Source of the DNA: Octopus sinensis | Taxonomy: Eukaryota | Direction: 5' to 3' | Assembly: GCF_006345805.1 (NCBI RefSeq) | Contig: NC_043001.1 | Span: 128,836,001 to 128,900,000 of the forward strand | Length of the DNA stretch: 64,000 bases | Shown: piece by piece, positions 1-12,338 of the stretch | How the letters are laid out: the number at the start of each line of letters is the position of its first letter | How positions within the stretch are numbered: the first letter of the stretch is position 1 | Program-made: the position numbers and the translations under genes | The notes under the pieces: generated by a model | Seen by the model: only the letters and a program-made list of their open reading frames with translations | Databases searched by the model: none | Told to the model about the DNA's origin: nothing

Positions 1-302
<302 letters not shown>

Positions 303-608
303 CTTCAGTGAAAAGAAATAAATATTGAAGTGATGCATACCTAGAGAGACTCAAACACATATTCGCACAGAAATGCATATGTCCACACAAGTACACATTT
401 ACACACAAAAGTTTTCCTCCCCCCCACCATATATCCACATAGTTATGTATGTGTCTGTGTGTTGCAGAGAAACTAGTAGTAGTAGGAGGAGGAGGAAGAG
501 GAGGAAGGAGCAAGGGAGTAGTAGAGATCAGATACATACACAGTCTCCCAAAGTCTCTTCGTTGTTATCATTGTCATCATTGTCACCATCATCGTCATCA
601 TCATCATC

Positions 609-822
609 GGTGAGCTGGTAGATTCGTTCGTACAATGGGCATGATGCTTAATTGCATTTTGTCTGTCTCTGTGTTCTGAGTTCAAATTCTGCTGAGGTTG
701 ACTTTATCTTACATCCTCTTGGGGTTGATAAATTAAGAACCTACAAAACAGTAGGGTCGATGTAATCGACTGGTCCCCTCCTGTCAAAATTTCAGGCCTT
801 GTGCCTATAGCAGAAAGGATTT
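609..822 (+). mobile_element. tRNA-headed SINE, family B (B2 tail variant), degenerate
   Basis: Head GGTGAGCTGGTAGA, B-box-like GAGTTCAAATTC, central GTTGACTTT..CATCCTCTTGGGGTTGATAAATTAAG. Further B2-type copies at about 1263-1500, 1520-1800 (+), 14340-14600, 15140-15340, 15375-15572 (-), 51900-52390 (+). Confidence 0.8.
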
Positions 823-826
823 TTAT

Positions 827-1183
827 TACCTCAGCTTAGCAAAGGCGGAGGTATTGTTTTCAGTCATGTTTGTTTGTCTGTGGACAAGATATCTCAAGAA
901 TGGCTGAATGGATTCAGATGAAACTTTCAGGGATGTTTGGCCTCATGACTGGCACAAATTGATTAGATTTTGGGATTGATCTGGTACTGGACAAGGATTC
1001 TGGATTATTTTTCCTGTTTTTTAATTAATTTTTGAGAGTGAGTGAATTCATTTTCAGTATTCTTGTTTGTGAGAGCAGTTGAGTTTATTTCAGATATTCT
1101 CATTTTAAAAATCATCCTTGGCTAATCATTGAGAGGACGTTGGTGTTGCCTTGGCAGAAGTTTGTGCTCTGAGTGTTCTTCTT
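827..1183 (-). mobile_element. Non-autonomous HINE/Helentron-like element, copy 1
   Basis: Reverse-complement copy of 21721-22090, with terminal stem-loop (plus strand TTACCTCAGC..GGCGGAGGT). The class assignment is inferred from structure. Confidence 0.6.
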
Positions 1184-1803
1184 CTTCTTCTTCTTCTTCT
1201 TATTATTATTATTAATATTATTAATATTATTATTAATAATATTATTATTATTATTATTATTAAAGGTGGGGAGCTGGTAGAATCATTAGCATGCTAGGCA
1301 AAATGGCAAAATGCTTAGGGGCATTTCATCTGTCTTTATGTTTTGAGTTCAATTTCTGCTGGGGCTAACTTTGCCTTTCATCTTTTCAGGGTCAATAAAA
1401 TAGGTACCAGTTGAATACAGGAGTCGATGTAATCAACTAGGCCCCACGCCTCAAATTTCAGGTCTTATGCCTGCAGTAGAAAGGATTATTATTATTATTA
1501 TTATTATTACTATTATTGCCTGTAGAATTGTTAGCATGTCAAACAAAATGCTTAATAGTATTTCTTCCAGCTCTTCAGGTTCTGAGTTCAAATTCCAATG
1601 AGGTTGGCTTTGCCTTTCATGCTTCTGAGGTCATTAAATATAGTACCAATCAAGTACCGGAATCAGTGGATCTATAAATCTACTCTCACAAAATTTCTGG
1701 CTTGTGCCTGTATTATTAGAAAAGATTATTATTTTCATTTAGGTGGCAAGCTGACAGGATTGTTAACATGCAGGGCAAAATGATGAGTGGTATTACTTTC
1801 AAA

Positions 1804-1914
1804 TTTGGTCAGCCCGAGGCTATAGTAGAAGACACTTGCCCAAGGTGCCATGCAGTGGGACTGAACCTGAAACCATGTGGTTGGTAAGCAAGCTACTTAC
1901 CACACAGCCACTCC

Positions 1915-1916
<2 letters not shown>
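1804..1916 (-). mobile_element. SINE family A, 5' fragment
   Basis: Reverse complement of GAGTGGCTGTGTGGTAAG..GGTTTCAGGTTCAGTCCC..GGCACCTTGGGCAAGTGTCTT. Other partial or degenerate A copies at about 2220-2380, 4150-4530, 6110-6270, 7080-7250, 8393-8530, 18725-18895, 19600-19830, 22515-22868, 36230-36480, 44050-44580, 44950-45405, 46445-46735, 50450-50580, 51260-51680, 52690-52770. Confidence 0.85.
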
Positions 1917-1956
<40 letters not shown>

Positions 1957-2189
1957 AGGTTGACCAAAAGTCACCTTACAGTAAACCAAAGCCATTTAAT
2001 TCCAAGATTTATTTATGTTTAACAACTAAATAGATTTAACAAAAGCATCTAAATATGAAATGTCATGAAAACTGTTCAAACTGAAGTCCTTCTTGAGTGA
2101 CATGTAGTTCCATTCAAGTCAATACAGAATTACAAATAGTATTTATGGAATTTTGATTTACTGTCGGGTGACTTTGGGCCAACATTGTG

Positions 2190-2220
<31 letters not shown>

Positions 2221-2559
2221 CAATGGACTTCTTTCAGTTTCTGTCTACCAAATCCATTGACAAAGCCTTGGTCAGCCTGAGGCTATAGTAGAAGACGCTT
2301 GCCCAAGATGTCACAGAGTGGGATTAAACCTGGAACCATGTGGGTGGGAACCGAGCTTCTTACCACACAACCATGCCTGCACCTAATGGTTAGACTAATT
2401 TGTATACCATGTATACAAATACCATTTGTATACCATTTCTGACAACGATGATGATGACGACGACGATGATGATGATTATAAAGACCATGATCAGTGCTGC
2501 TTAAGGCATCAAGGGAAGTGGGAGCGCACAGTAATTGTAAATGGTTTATGGTACAAAAG

Positions 2560-2846
2560 AATTCACTTAAAACTTGCTAAAATAAGCATTATTGAATGTG
2601 CCTTTCCAAAGGCAGATATTATCTTTCATATATTCTTAATATATGACAAATTTCTCAGCTGAGCATTCATTTTCTCAGTTGAAGAATATTAAAAATACCA
2701 TCAGAACAACTATGCAACAAAGCAGGTTGGATGCCTTATCTCTACAAAGTATAGAAGCAGATGTGTTATGTAAGATTAATTTTGAGGATCAGATCAATGA
2801 CTTTGCAATTAGAAAAAGTAAGAGAAAACTTTTCAAATATAAATAA
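2560..2846 (+). pseudogene. hAT transposase C-terminal (dimerisation domain) fragment
   Basis: Translation ..ECAFPKADIIFHIFL.. / TNFSAEHSFSQLKNIKNTIRTTMQQSRLDALSLQSIEADVLCKINFEDQINDFAIRKSKRK* matches the hAT pattern FP..T(N)xSAERSFSxLKxIKxxxRxTMxQxRL. It is frameshifted and truncated. Confidence 0.8.
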
Positions 2847-2855
2847 AGCAGGAGT

Positions 2856-3490
2856 ATCATCATCATCATCATCATTGTTTAATGTCCGTTCTCCATGCTA
2901 GCATGGGTTGGACGGTTCGACCGGGGATCTGGGAAGCCAGAAGGCTGCACCAGGCTCCGGTCTTATCTGGCAATGTTTCTACAGCTGGATGCCCTTCCTA
3001 ACGCCAACCACTCCGTGAGTGTAGTGGGTGCTTTTTACGTGCCACCTGCACTGGTGACAGGCGAGGCTGGCATCGGTTACGGTCGGATTGGTGCATTTTA
3101 CGTGCCACCTGCACGGAAGCCAGTCGAGGCGGCACTGGCTTCGACCATGATTCGGATGGTGCTTTTTACGTGCCACTGACATGGAAGCCAGTCGAGGCGG
3201 CGCTGGCATCGGCCACGATTCGGATAGTGCTTTTTACGTATCTCCAGTCCAGGGGTCCTGGCATCTGCCGGGTGCCAGTCATAAGATTGGTTCAATTTCG
3301 ATTCCGATTTCGATTTCACTTGCCCAACAGGTCTTCGCAAGCAAAGGGGGGTTGGTATAGGTGTCTGTCGTCGGATGAGGTTCGATATCGACTTCACTTG
3401 CCTCAACAGGTCTTTGTGTGTCCAAGGGAGGAAAGGCATGCATAAGTGGGCTGGACTCACTTGTCCTGCCTCGTCTTTTCACGCACAACG
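2856..3490 (-). mobile_element. Family C retroposon with (GAT)n tail, longest copy in the window
   Basis: (CAT)n tail at left, then CCATGCTAGCATGGGTTGGACGG, CTGGATGCCCTTCC and about 58-bp internal tandem units (GTGCTTTTTACGTGCCAC..). Shorter copies at about 5722-6069, 7670-7820, 11385-11530, 18895-19010, 21170-21400, 26700-26980, 38025-38170, 46235-46420, 57290-57340, 58383-58480, 59910-60060. Confidence 0.8.
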
Positions 3491-3530
3491 AAAATACTAT
3501 TTTCCATTGTACTGTTAGTTTTGCTTCATT

Positions 3531-3741
3531 TTACTCTTTACTCTTTTTACTCTTTTACTTGTTTCAGTCATTTGACTGCGGTCATGCTGGAGCACCGCCT
3601 TTAGTTGAGCAAATCGACCCCAGGACTTATTCTTTGTAAGCCTATAAATTATTCTAGCGGTCATTTTTACTGAACTGCTAAGTTATGGGGACGTAAACAC
3701 ACCAGCATCGGTTGTCAAGCCATGTTGGGGGGACAAACACA

Positions 3742-3783
<42 letters not shown>

Positions 3784-3953
3784 TATACATATATATGATG
3801 GCCTTCTTTCAGTTTCCGTCTACCAAATCCACTCACAAGGCTTTGGTCGGCCCGAGGCTATAGTAGAAGACACTTGCCCAAGGTGCCATGCAGTGGGACT
3901 GAACCTGGAACCATATGGTTGGTAAGCAAGCTACTTACCACACAGCCACTCTT
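3531..3953 (-). mobile_element. SINE family A, full length
   Basis: tRNA-like head with A/B boxes, a GGCACCTTGGGCAAGTGTCTT block resembling the CORE domain, internal (TA)/(TG) tract and (GAGTAAAA)n tail. Confidence 0.9.
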
Positions 3954-4528
3954 GCACATATTTTGGACATTAAAATTTTTTGGTTTATAATTGTTTATAT
4001 TTTTGAATTACATATATATAAGGGGGTACAAAAATCTTTTCAGTGCTTAGGGGCCTCAATGGGTTTTGATCTGGCCCTGACTGTGATGGAGAGGTTGGTG
4101 GTGATGACAATGGTAATGAATACTGTTGAATGTGGTAGCTGTGGCAGTGATAATCTTCTATCATTCACTCCTTTTAGTCATTGGACTGTGGCCATGTTGG
4201 GGCACTGCCTTGAAAGATTTAGTAGAACAAACAAACTCAGGCACTTAATTTTTGTCTAAGCCTAGTACTTGTTCTATTGACATTTTTTACTGAACAGGTA
4301 AGTTATGGGAATGTAAACAAACAAAAACTCAGTTTTCAGGAGGTGGTGGGGGTCAAGCAAAAAGACACACACACATCTACACACACATACACACACACAC
4401 ACATGATGGGATTCTTTCAGTTTCCATCTACCAGATCCACTAACAAGATTTTGTTCAGCCTGGATCTAGAGTAGAAGACATTGAGGTGGAACTGAACCTA
4501 GAATCCTGTGGTTGAGAAGCAAGCTTCT

Positions 4529-4947
4529 TATTTCGTTATTACCCACAAGGAGCTAAACACAGAGGGGAAAAAACAAGGACAGACAAAGGGATTAAGTCGA
4601 TTACATCGACCCCAGTGCATAACTGGTACTTAATTTATCGACCCTGAAAAGATGAAAGGCAAAGTCGACCTCGGCAGAATTTGAACTCAGAATGTAATGG
4701 CAGACAAAATACCTATTTCTTTACTACCCACAAGGGGCTAAACACAGAGGCGACAAACAAGGACAGACACACGAATTAAGTCGATTACATCGACCCCAGT
4801 GCGTAACTGGTACTTAATTTATCGACCCTGAAAAGATGAAAGGCAAAGTCGACCTTGGTGGAATTTGAACTCAGAACGTAATGGCAGACAAAATACCGCT
4901 AAGCATTTTGCCCGGAGTGCTAACATTTCTGCCAGCTCGCCACCTTA
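4529..4947 (-). mobile_element. SINE family B1, one full copy plus a head-less second copy in tandem
   Basis: 4713-4947 is complete (AAGGTGGCGAGCTGGCAGA..GTAGTAAAGAAATAG). 4529-4712 repeats the same body from GTATTTTGTCTGCC onward. Confidence 0.9.
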
Positions 4948-5296
4948 CCACACAGCTTCTTACCACACAGATATGTATAGGAGTGATAGTGATGTTACTG
5001 ACAATGATGGTGATGATGACGATGGTAAAGATTTGTGTAGAATGTAGTGTTTGCTGTAATGATAATGATGATGGTGATAGTGATGGTATTTTAAAGTAAA
5101 ATATTTCTGATTTGACTTAAACACAAAAAATAAAAAATAAAGAAAATACAAAAGAAACAAACATTTTTTTAAGAAATAAAGTATTTTTTGCAGGTTTCCA
5201 GCAAGCAATAACTACATCTAGGATATACTTCAGTAGTTTATAGTAATGATTTTGAAAAACACTATGCATGTGTTTTTGTGTATATGTATACACATG

Positions 5297-5330
<34 letters not shown>

Positions 5331-6963
5331 TATACATACACATACGCACACATATGCACACACATACATATATACATATATGTATGATCATGTGCATGTA
5401 TGTATGTTTAGAGAAAAATCAATATATATCAGCTCATAAAACCAATGGTCAGCAAAATATTTTTGTTTGATTTACATATCGCAAATGAAATAAAATATTG
5501 CATCTTAAATACACTAGAATAATTAATTATAAATGTGTATCTATGTATAGGCATGAAATACATCACTATTATCGCACAGTCACATGCTCACAACACCCTG
5601 GCTCATAAATATGGATGATTGGTTCTCTGTCATTTTCCAACAATGAGGATCAACTAAATTACCTGTTCATTGAATTAGTGTAAGTGGTTGAGTATTCCAC
5701 AGACCACATATCCTTAGTGTAGGCCAGCGCCGCCTTGACTGGGTTCTGTGCTGGTGGCACATAAAAAGCACCATCCGAACGTGGCTGATGCCAGCGCCGT
5801 CTTGACTGGCTTCCGTGCTGGTGGCACATTAAAAACACCAACCAATCGTGGCCGATGCCAGACTCCCCTGGCACCTGTGCCGGTGGCACGCAAAAAGCAC
5901 CCACTACACTCGCGGAGTGGTTGGTGTGAGGAAGGGCATCCAGCTGTAGTAACACTGCCAGATCAGACTGGAGCCTGGTGCAGCCCCTGGCTTCCCAGAC
6001 CCCGGTCGAACCGTCCAACCCATGCTAGCGCGGAAAACGGACGTTAAATGATGATGATAATGATGATGAATCTGTATGACGCAGTATTGTGTTGTATTGT
6101 GCAATCTACTTGATGGGATTCTTTACAGTTTCCACCTGCCCTATTTCACTCACAAGATATGGGTCGGTCCAAGGTTGTAGAAAATGATGTCCATCAAAAT
6201 TGCCACATAGTGAGATTGAACCTATGATCATTTGGTTGCAAGGTGAATTTCTTAACCTTTTGGCTACGCTGTATACCTATATACACAAATACACATATAT
6301 ATATGTAAATCATTAAATATCTAATGCGATGCATCATTATTTTGTCCTCTATGTTACTGGAAACAGAGTGTACAATGTAATATGCATATCTAAATATATT
6401 TACATACATTTTGGGTAGGTCAAATATGTCTCAAACATATTTGAACTGACCTGATAGTTTGTTCTTTTCACAATACTGCTTTGAATGCAGACCATGTATT
6501 TTGCTTCGGCCTGGCAACCACACAACACAATCAGCAGATACTTTCTATTGATTCCTTATAAGGAAGTGAAAGCTTCCACTCATTTCGGAGTTGTCTTCCT
6601 TAGTATCTAATACTGATGAGGGCGTAAAGATCTTGAAATCATATATTAGTCCATAGGAGATGCTCTGAAATGACTTTTAGTATTTTACATTTTTCTCCTA
6701 AAGTAAGAATTTTCCTCCATGGCAGACCACAATGAAAATGGTCTTTTTACAGATAAACTATGTCCCAAATGTATTCAAACTGATTTAAAAGCTTGTTTAT
6801 ATAAAATTTGTTACAGAAAAACTGGTACAATTACAAATCAAATACCAAAATACACATCAAAATGAATATAATAATTAGATTTGTATAGCAGAATGGTTAT
6901 TCTTATAATCTAGTACCCAGAAGAGGTACTCATTCAACTAATCTAAGTCCACATGTAAAGGTT

Positions 6964-6994
<31 letters not shown>

Positions 6995-7244
6995 GCTATA
7001 GACGGGTAACTGATAACAGACATTACTATTTAGGACTCTTAATATATTATTATGAACTAGGTATCTCATAGGTGCAGATACCCATAATGTATGTTTAAGA
7101 GATCTGCTTCCCAACCATATGGTTTTAGTTTCAGCACCACTGTGCAGCACTTGGGTAAGTGTTTTCCACTATAACTCTAGGCCAACCAAAGCTGTGAGTG
7201 AATTTGGTAGGCAGAAACGGTAATTGAAAGAAACTCATTGTATA

Positions 7245-7560
7245 CATACATGGTGGTTGTCTACTCTCTATGCAGAGTCGGACCACCTCTTGTATTTACA
7301 GCTTAGGTCTATCATGGCATCTGATGTGGCTTTTTAAACCTGACAATGTTTTGAAAAGACACCCACATTAATTGCATATCTGCTTTGGACCACCAAGAGT
7401 TGTAGTTAAGTTCTGATCTTTGTGAATTTTAAAATGTCTTTTGAGGCCTCTGTTAGATTTGCAGACCTTAAGACATACATGGCATTTGACAGGTATGCAC
7501 AGGTAGAGAGGCAGAGCAGTTGGTGGAGGTTCATTTTTCAAGGGTCCAAAAATGAGATTT
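7245..7560 (-). mobile_element. LINE 3' fragment with two C2H2-like fingers (RTE-like), copy A
   Basis: VKCHVCLKVCKSNRGLKRHFKIH..ICN*/CGCLFKTLSGLKSHIRCHDRPKL* followed by a short 3' UTR. The RTE assignment is inferred from the terminal CxxC..GLxxHxxxH finger. Confidence 0.6.
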
Positions 7561-8099
7561 GAGCTCAGCAAAAGAAAGGCATGGTCTGTCACGAATTGTG
7601 CACACGAAAAAGTGATTTGGATTCATTTTCTCATTTATTGTTGTATTGTTCTTTAAATATATACATACATATGGCGTTAGGAAGGGCATCCAGCTGTAGA
7701 AACTCTGCCAAATCAAGATTGGAGCCTGGTGCAGCCATCTGGTTCGCCAGCCCTCAGTCAAAATCGTCCAACCCATGCTAGCATGTAAAGCGGACGTTAA
7801 ACGATGATGATGATGATGACATACATGCATACATACTTACTTCTATCAAGTGCAAACATAGTAGCAAGGATATCATTGTTATAATGTGAGCAGTTGAATA
7901 TTTTATTGACATGAGTACCTTTAATGTAAATCTCAAGACAGAATCAAATTGAAAAAGCCAGGTTCTTGGATCACAGGGTCATTCCATCCAACAGCCTTCT
8001 GTACAGCTTTTGTTTGTCCATTTTTTACTTTAATTAACCAGTAACACATACACACACAAACACTGCACATACATACAAATAAATTGATGTGTGTGTATA

Positions 8100-8392
8100 T
8101 ATATGTCTGTTGAGGCCTCTGTTACATTTGCAGACCTTATGACATACATGGCATTGACAGGTATGTACAGGTAGATAGGCAGAGTAATTGGTGGAGGTTC
8201 ATTTTTCACCAATTATTCTGCCTATATGTCTGTGCACACCTTTCGATGCAATGTATGCCAGAGAGCCTGCAAATCTAACGGAGGCCTCAAAAGACATCTT
8301 AAGAGCCACAAAGATCAGAACTTAACTGCAGCTCTTGGCGGTCCAAATCAGAGGTGCAATCTATGTGGGTGTCTTTTCAAAACATTAGCAGT
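8100..8392. mobile_element. Two head-to-head copies (B minus, C plus) of the same zinc-finger LINE fragment
   Basis: Plus frame FRCNVCQRACKSNGGLKRHLKSHKDQNLTAALGGPNQRCNLCGCLFKTLA (8241-8390). 8103-8193 is an inverted, about 80% identical copy of 8207-8297. Confidence 0.7.
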
Positions 8393-8630
8393 TTGGTAAA
8401 AGAGACCGATAGAATAAGTACTAGGCTTAAAAAATAAGTACTGAGGTTGATTTATTCGACTAAAAATTCGTCAAGGCCGTGCCCCAGCATGGCTGCAGTC
8501 TAATGACTGAAATATGTAAAAGATAAAAGCTACATATACACTGGTAAAAACACACATTATATAAGTTGATAGTTCATATATTTATACATTTTGCATCCAC
8601 GTATGAATGTATGTACACACACACATACAC

Positions 8631-8770
8631 ACACATACAGTCACACATATAAGGCAAAGGGGAAGTATCTACATACATATATGCACATACACACATGCAC
8701 ACACATACAGTTACACATATAAGGCAAAGGGGAACTATCTACATACATATACGCACATACACACATGCAC
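8631..8770. repeat. 70-bp tandem duplication
   Basis: ACACATACAGT(C/T)ACACATATAAGGCAAAGGGGAA(G/C)TATCTAC.. occurs twice with 3 mismatches. Confidence 0.9.
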
Positions 8771-9004
8771 ATGTATATTGTAAGCATTCATAACGACAAA
8801 CAAAACAAACACACATGTACATGCACAAACACTTATAGATGCAACCCCGCTCCCCGATAGGTGTGCGAGAAGTTCGCCTTCAGTACACAAAAACACAAAC
8901 ATAGCAACATACACACAACAAGTTAAAAGAGCAATTAGATATAATTGTTATGCTATTTCCATTGCTATTGTAATATAGTATACAGGAAACTGAAGTGCTA
9001 TTGT

Positions 9005-9104
9005 NNNNNNNNNNNNNNNNNNNNNNNNNNNNNNNNNNNNNNNNNNNNNNNNNNNNNNNNNNNNNNNNNNNNNNNNNNNNNNNNNNNNNNNNNNNNNNNN
9101 NNNN
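9005..9104. other. Assembly gap (100 N)
   Basis: Exactly 100 N, a usual placeholder for a gap of unknown size. Contiguity across it is unverified. Confidence 0.98.
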
Positions 9105-9154
9105 TTTTAATTTGTCCCGTCTTTGTGCAGCCCTGTGTGGCTAATAAAGAAACA

Positions 9155-9228
<74 letters not shown>

Positions 9229-9400
9229 CTATCTATCTATCTATCTATCTATCCATTCATCCATCCATCCATTTATCAATAACTGACACTCCGTGAGTTA
9301 CAACGATGAGGGTTCCAGTTGATCCAATCAACATAACAGCCGGATCATTAAATTAACATGCAAGTGGCTGAGTATTCCATAGACATGCAAACCTTTGATA

Positions 9401-9812
9401 CTCTCTCTTTACTCTTTTACTTGTTTCAGTCATTTGACAGCGGCCATGCTGGAGCACCGCCTTTAGTCGAGCAAATCAACCCCAGGACTTATTCTTTGTA
9501 AGCCTAGTACTTATTCCATCGGTCTCTTTTGCCAAACTGCTAAGTTATGGGGACTAAACACACCACCATCGGTTGTCAAGCAATGTTGGGGGGGGGAGAC
9601 AAACACAGACACACAAACATATACACACACACATATATATATATATACATATATACGACGAGCTTCTTTCAGTTTCCATCTACCAAATCCACTCACAAGG
9701 CTTTGGTCAGCCTGAGGCTATAGTAGAAGACCCTTGCCCAAGGTGCCACTTAGTGGGACTGAACCTAGAACCATGTTGTTCATAAGCAAGCTACTTACCA
9801 CACAGCCACTCT
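9401..9812 (-). mobile_element. SINE family A, full length
   Basis: Same layout as 3531-3953. Confidence 0.9.
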
Positions 9813-10051
9813 TGGTGGTTAGGACATTCAGCTCATGAGTAGAAGACTGAGAGTTCAATACCTGGTGGTGCATTGCATCCTTAAGCAAGGCATTTTATTT
9901 TCACATTGTGTACATATCTATACATGCATATGCACATACATGCATACATGTGTGTGTGCATGTGTGTGTGCATGTGTGTGAGAGTGTGAGTGTGTGTGTG
10001 GAACCTGTGGTATAAATGTGTATGTATATATACATATACATATATATATAT

Positions 10052-10094
<43 letters not shown>

Positions 10095-10115
10095 ATATAT
10101 TATATATATAGTTGC

Positions 10116-10223
10116 AAGCGTGGCTATGTGGGCTTACCAACTACTTGGTTCCTAGTTCAGTCCTACTGTGTGGCACCTTGGGCAAGTGTCTTATACTATA
10201 GAAAGAAGCCTGTTGTGTGTGTA

Positions 10224-10260
<37 letters not shown>

Positions 10261-10447
10261 ATGTATGTATGTATGTATATATGTGTGTGTGTATTTGTGT
10301 GTCTGTGTTTGTCCCCTCTCCATTGCTTGACAACTGACGCTGGTGTGTTTATGTCCCTGTAACTTAGCAGTTCGGCAAAGAGACTGATAGAATAAGTACT
10401 TGGTTTATAAAGAATGGTTGCAGTTGAATGACTGAAACAAATAAAAG
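10116..10447 (+). mobile_element. SINE family A, degenerate
   Basis: Head, CORE-like block and GAATAAGTACT..GACTGAAACAA tail are recognisable. Confidence 0.8.
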
Positions 10448-10909
10448 ATTAAAGATACACACACACACAGAAACACACTCACAATTATATATATATATAC
10501 ACGTGAAACAATTTTTTTAGCTTAACAAAATTCAATAAGGGGAAAGTTTACATCTTCCTGCATCAATAAATCACTTTTGTTCCTGAAAGTTGCTTTTCAT
10601 ACCTTCTACAGATTGCTTGATGTTCACTAGCTTCCTACAGCTTGATCCTTGGATTACTTTCACACACACACACACACATACATATATACATATATATAGT
10701 ATTTTGGGTAATAACCTCTTAACATGCATTTATGAGCTCCTATACCGTTATTTAGCTACCACATGTTATTCTACAGCAGGATATTTACCAGTGCTGCTCA
10801 GACATGTGGAACTCCTCATATGCATAGGATTAATATGAAAATAAAATCACAACATTCGTTTCTGCACCAGACACCAGCTTTAAGTTGCTGAGTTTACATC
10901 TATATATCA

Positions 10910-11301
10910 CTAGCAGTATTGCCTGGTGTTGCTCGGATTTGTTTCGACCCTTTAGAATTGGAATTTTTGAAAAGTAAAAATTGTGCATTATGTAGCTTGT
11001 TATTTTCTTTAAGTGAACATTTTTCTGGTTGAAATACACCGAAAAATAGCGACACAGCAGTAAAAAAATCGTAAAAAATAGGGATTTTCATAGAAAAAAA
11101 GCACCTTTTTTATGTAAATAATTTTTAGTCTCAACGTGATCGGATTTGAATTTTATCTTCTACGGAATGAAGAACAAGCCTTCTTCTATCATACTCTCAA
11201 TTTTGGTCAACTTGTGCCGCAGGGTCTTGGAGGAGATAGTATTAGTTGAAGGCTGCCAAACCTTCCACACACAGACAACTTCAGCTTTATATATATATAG
11301 A
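10910..11301 (-). mobile_element. Non-autonomous Helitron-like element H1, copy a
   Basis: On the minus strand: A|TC start, subterminal GC hairpin remnant, CTAG|T end. Homologous to 47277-47674 and 52785-53189. Confidence 0.8.
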
Positions 11302-12111
11302 TTATTTAAGATTGTTCTTTAGAATAACTATATAATTAAATATTTTTTAGCAACAGCTGTATGAGGGTGCTTTATTGGTGAAAGCTGCATTGGCCTCTAT
11401 TGTCTGCTTTGGCAAGGTTTCTATGGATGGATGCTTTTCCTAATGCCAACCACTTCACAACAGGTACTAGGTACTTGTTTTTGTGGAACAAGCACTAGTG
11501 TGACCACCAAGCAACTTGCAAAACTCCCTAGACAGAGTGTAGATGCAGAATTAAGGGAGGTGGGTTTGTGTTGGGTGTAAAGAGGCTAAAGAAGAAAAGA
11601 GGGACAAGGACATACATCTTGATATGTGGCTACTCCAGGAAGAGAGCATGTAAGGATGGTGGAGATGAAGTGTCAGTGCATATGCTCCAGATACAAGTAG
11701 GTGGATGGGGAGAGAATGCGGGAGAGACTCAAGGATGGCTGTGTTTGTAGGTAGGTTTACAAGAGTGTGAAAAGAAAGTGACAGACAGAGATGAAGACAG
11801 AAGTGAATACAGTAGGGGAAATGTAAGGAAAATACCAGTGGGTCATGGAGGAGGTAACAGATGGTAATACATGCATAAAAAAATCGAGGGTGGAGGAGAA
11901 CCATAAAGGGATGAGACGAAGCATGTGGGTGAGCAAATATGCACAGAGACTGAGACAGAGGTTAGAGGTACATAGGGGAGGATATTGTGAGTTACAAAAA
12001 GGAGCATCACTGGAAGAAGTCAGAGAGTGTTCAGGGAAGGAAAGGGATGTTCTGTGGATATATATAGATAAGGGGTGATGTTGGGAATGTAGTTTGGGTG
12101 GTAAGGGAAAT

Positions 12112-12338
12112 ATATTTCTTTACTGCCCACAAGGGGCTAAACATAGAAGGGGACAAACAAGGACAGACAAAGGGATTAAGTCGATTACATCGACCCCAGT
12201 TGGAAACTGGTACTTTATTTATCGACCCCGAAAGGATGAAAGGCAAAGTCGACCTTCGTGGAATTTGAACTCAGAACGTAACGACAGACGAAATACGGCT
12301 AAGCATTTCGCCCGGCGTGCTAACGTTTCTGCCAGCTC
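12112..12338 (-). mobile_element. SINE family B1, young insertion with 12-bp target-site duplication
   Basis: GGTAAGGGAAAT at 12100-12111 and 12339-12350. The body keeps most CpGs. Confidence 0.92.

Noticed and set aside
6610-6655. Plus-strand CTGATGAG..TGAAAT hammerhead-like boxes
   Set aside because: Stems I and II do not pair convincingly. At best a very old remnant.
7368-7592. C2H2 zinc-finger host gene
   Set aside because: The fingers lack TGEKP linkers, are multi-copy, carry stops or frameshifts and end in a LINE-like tail.
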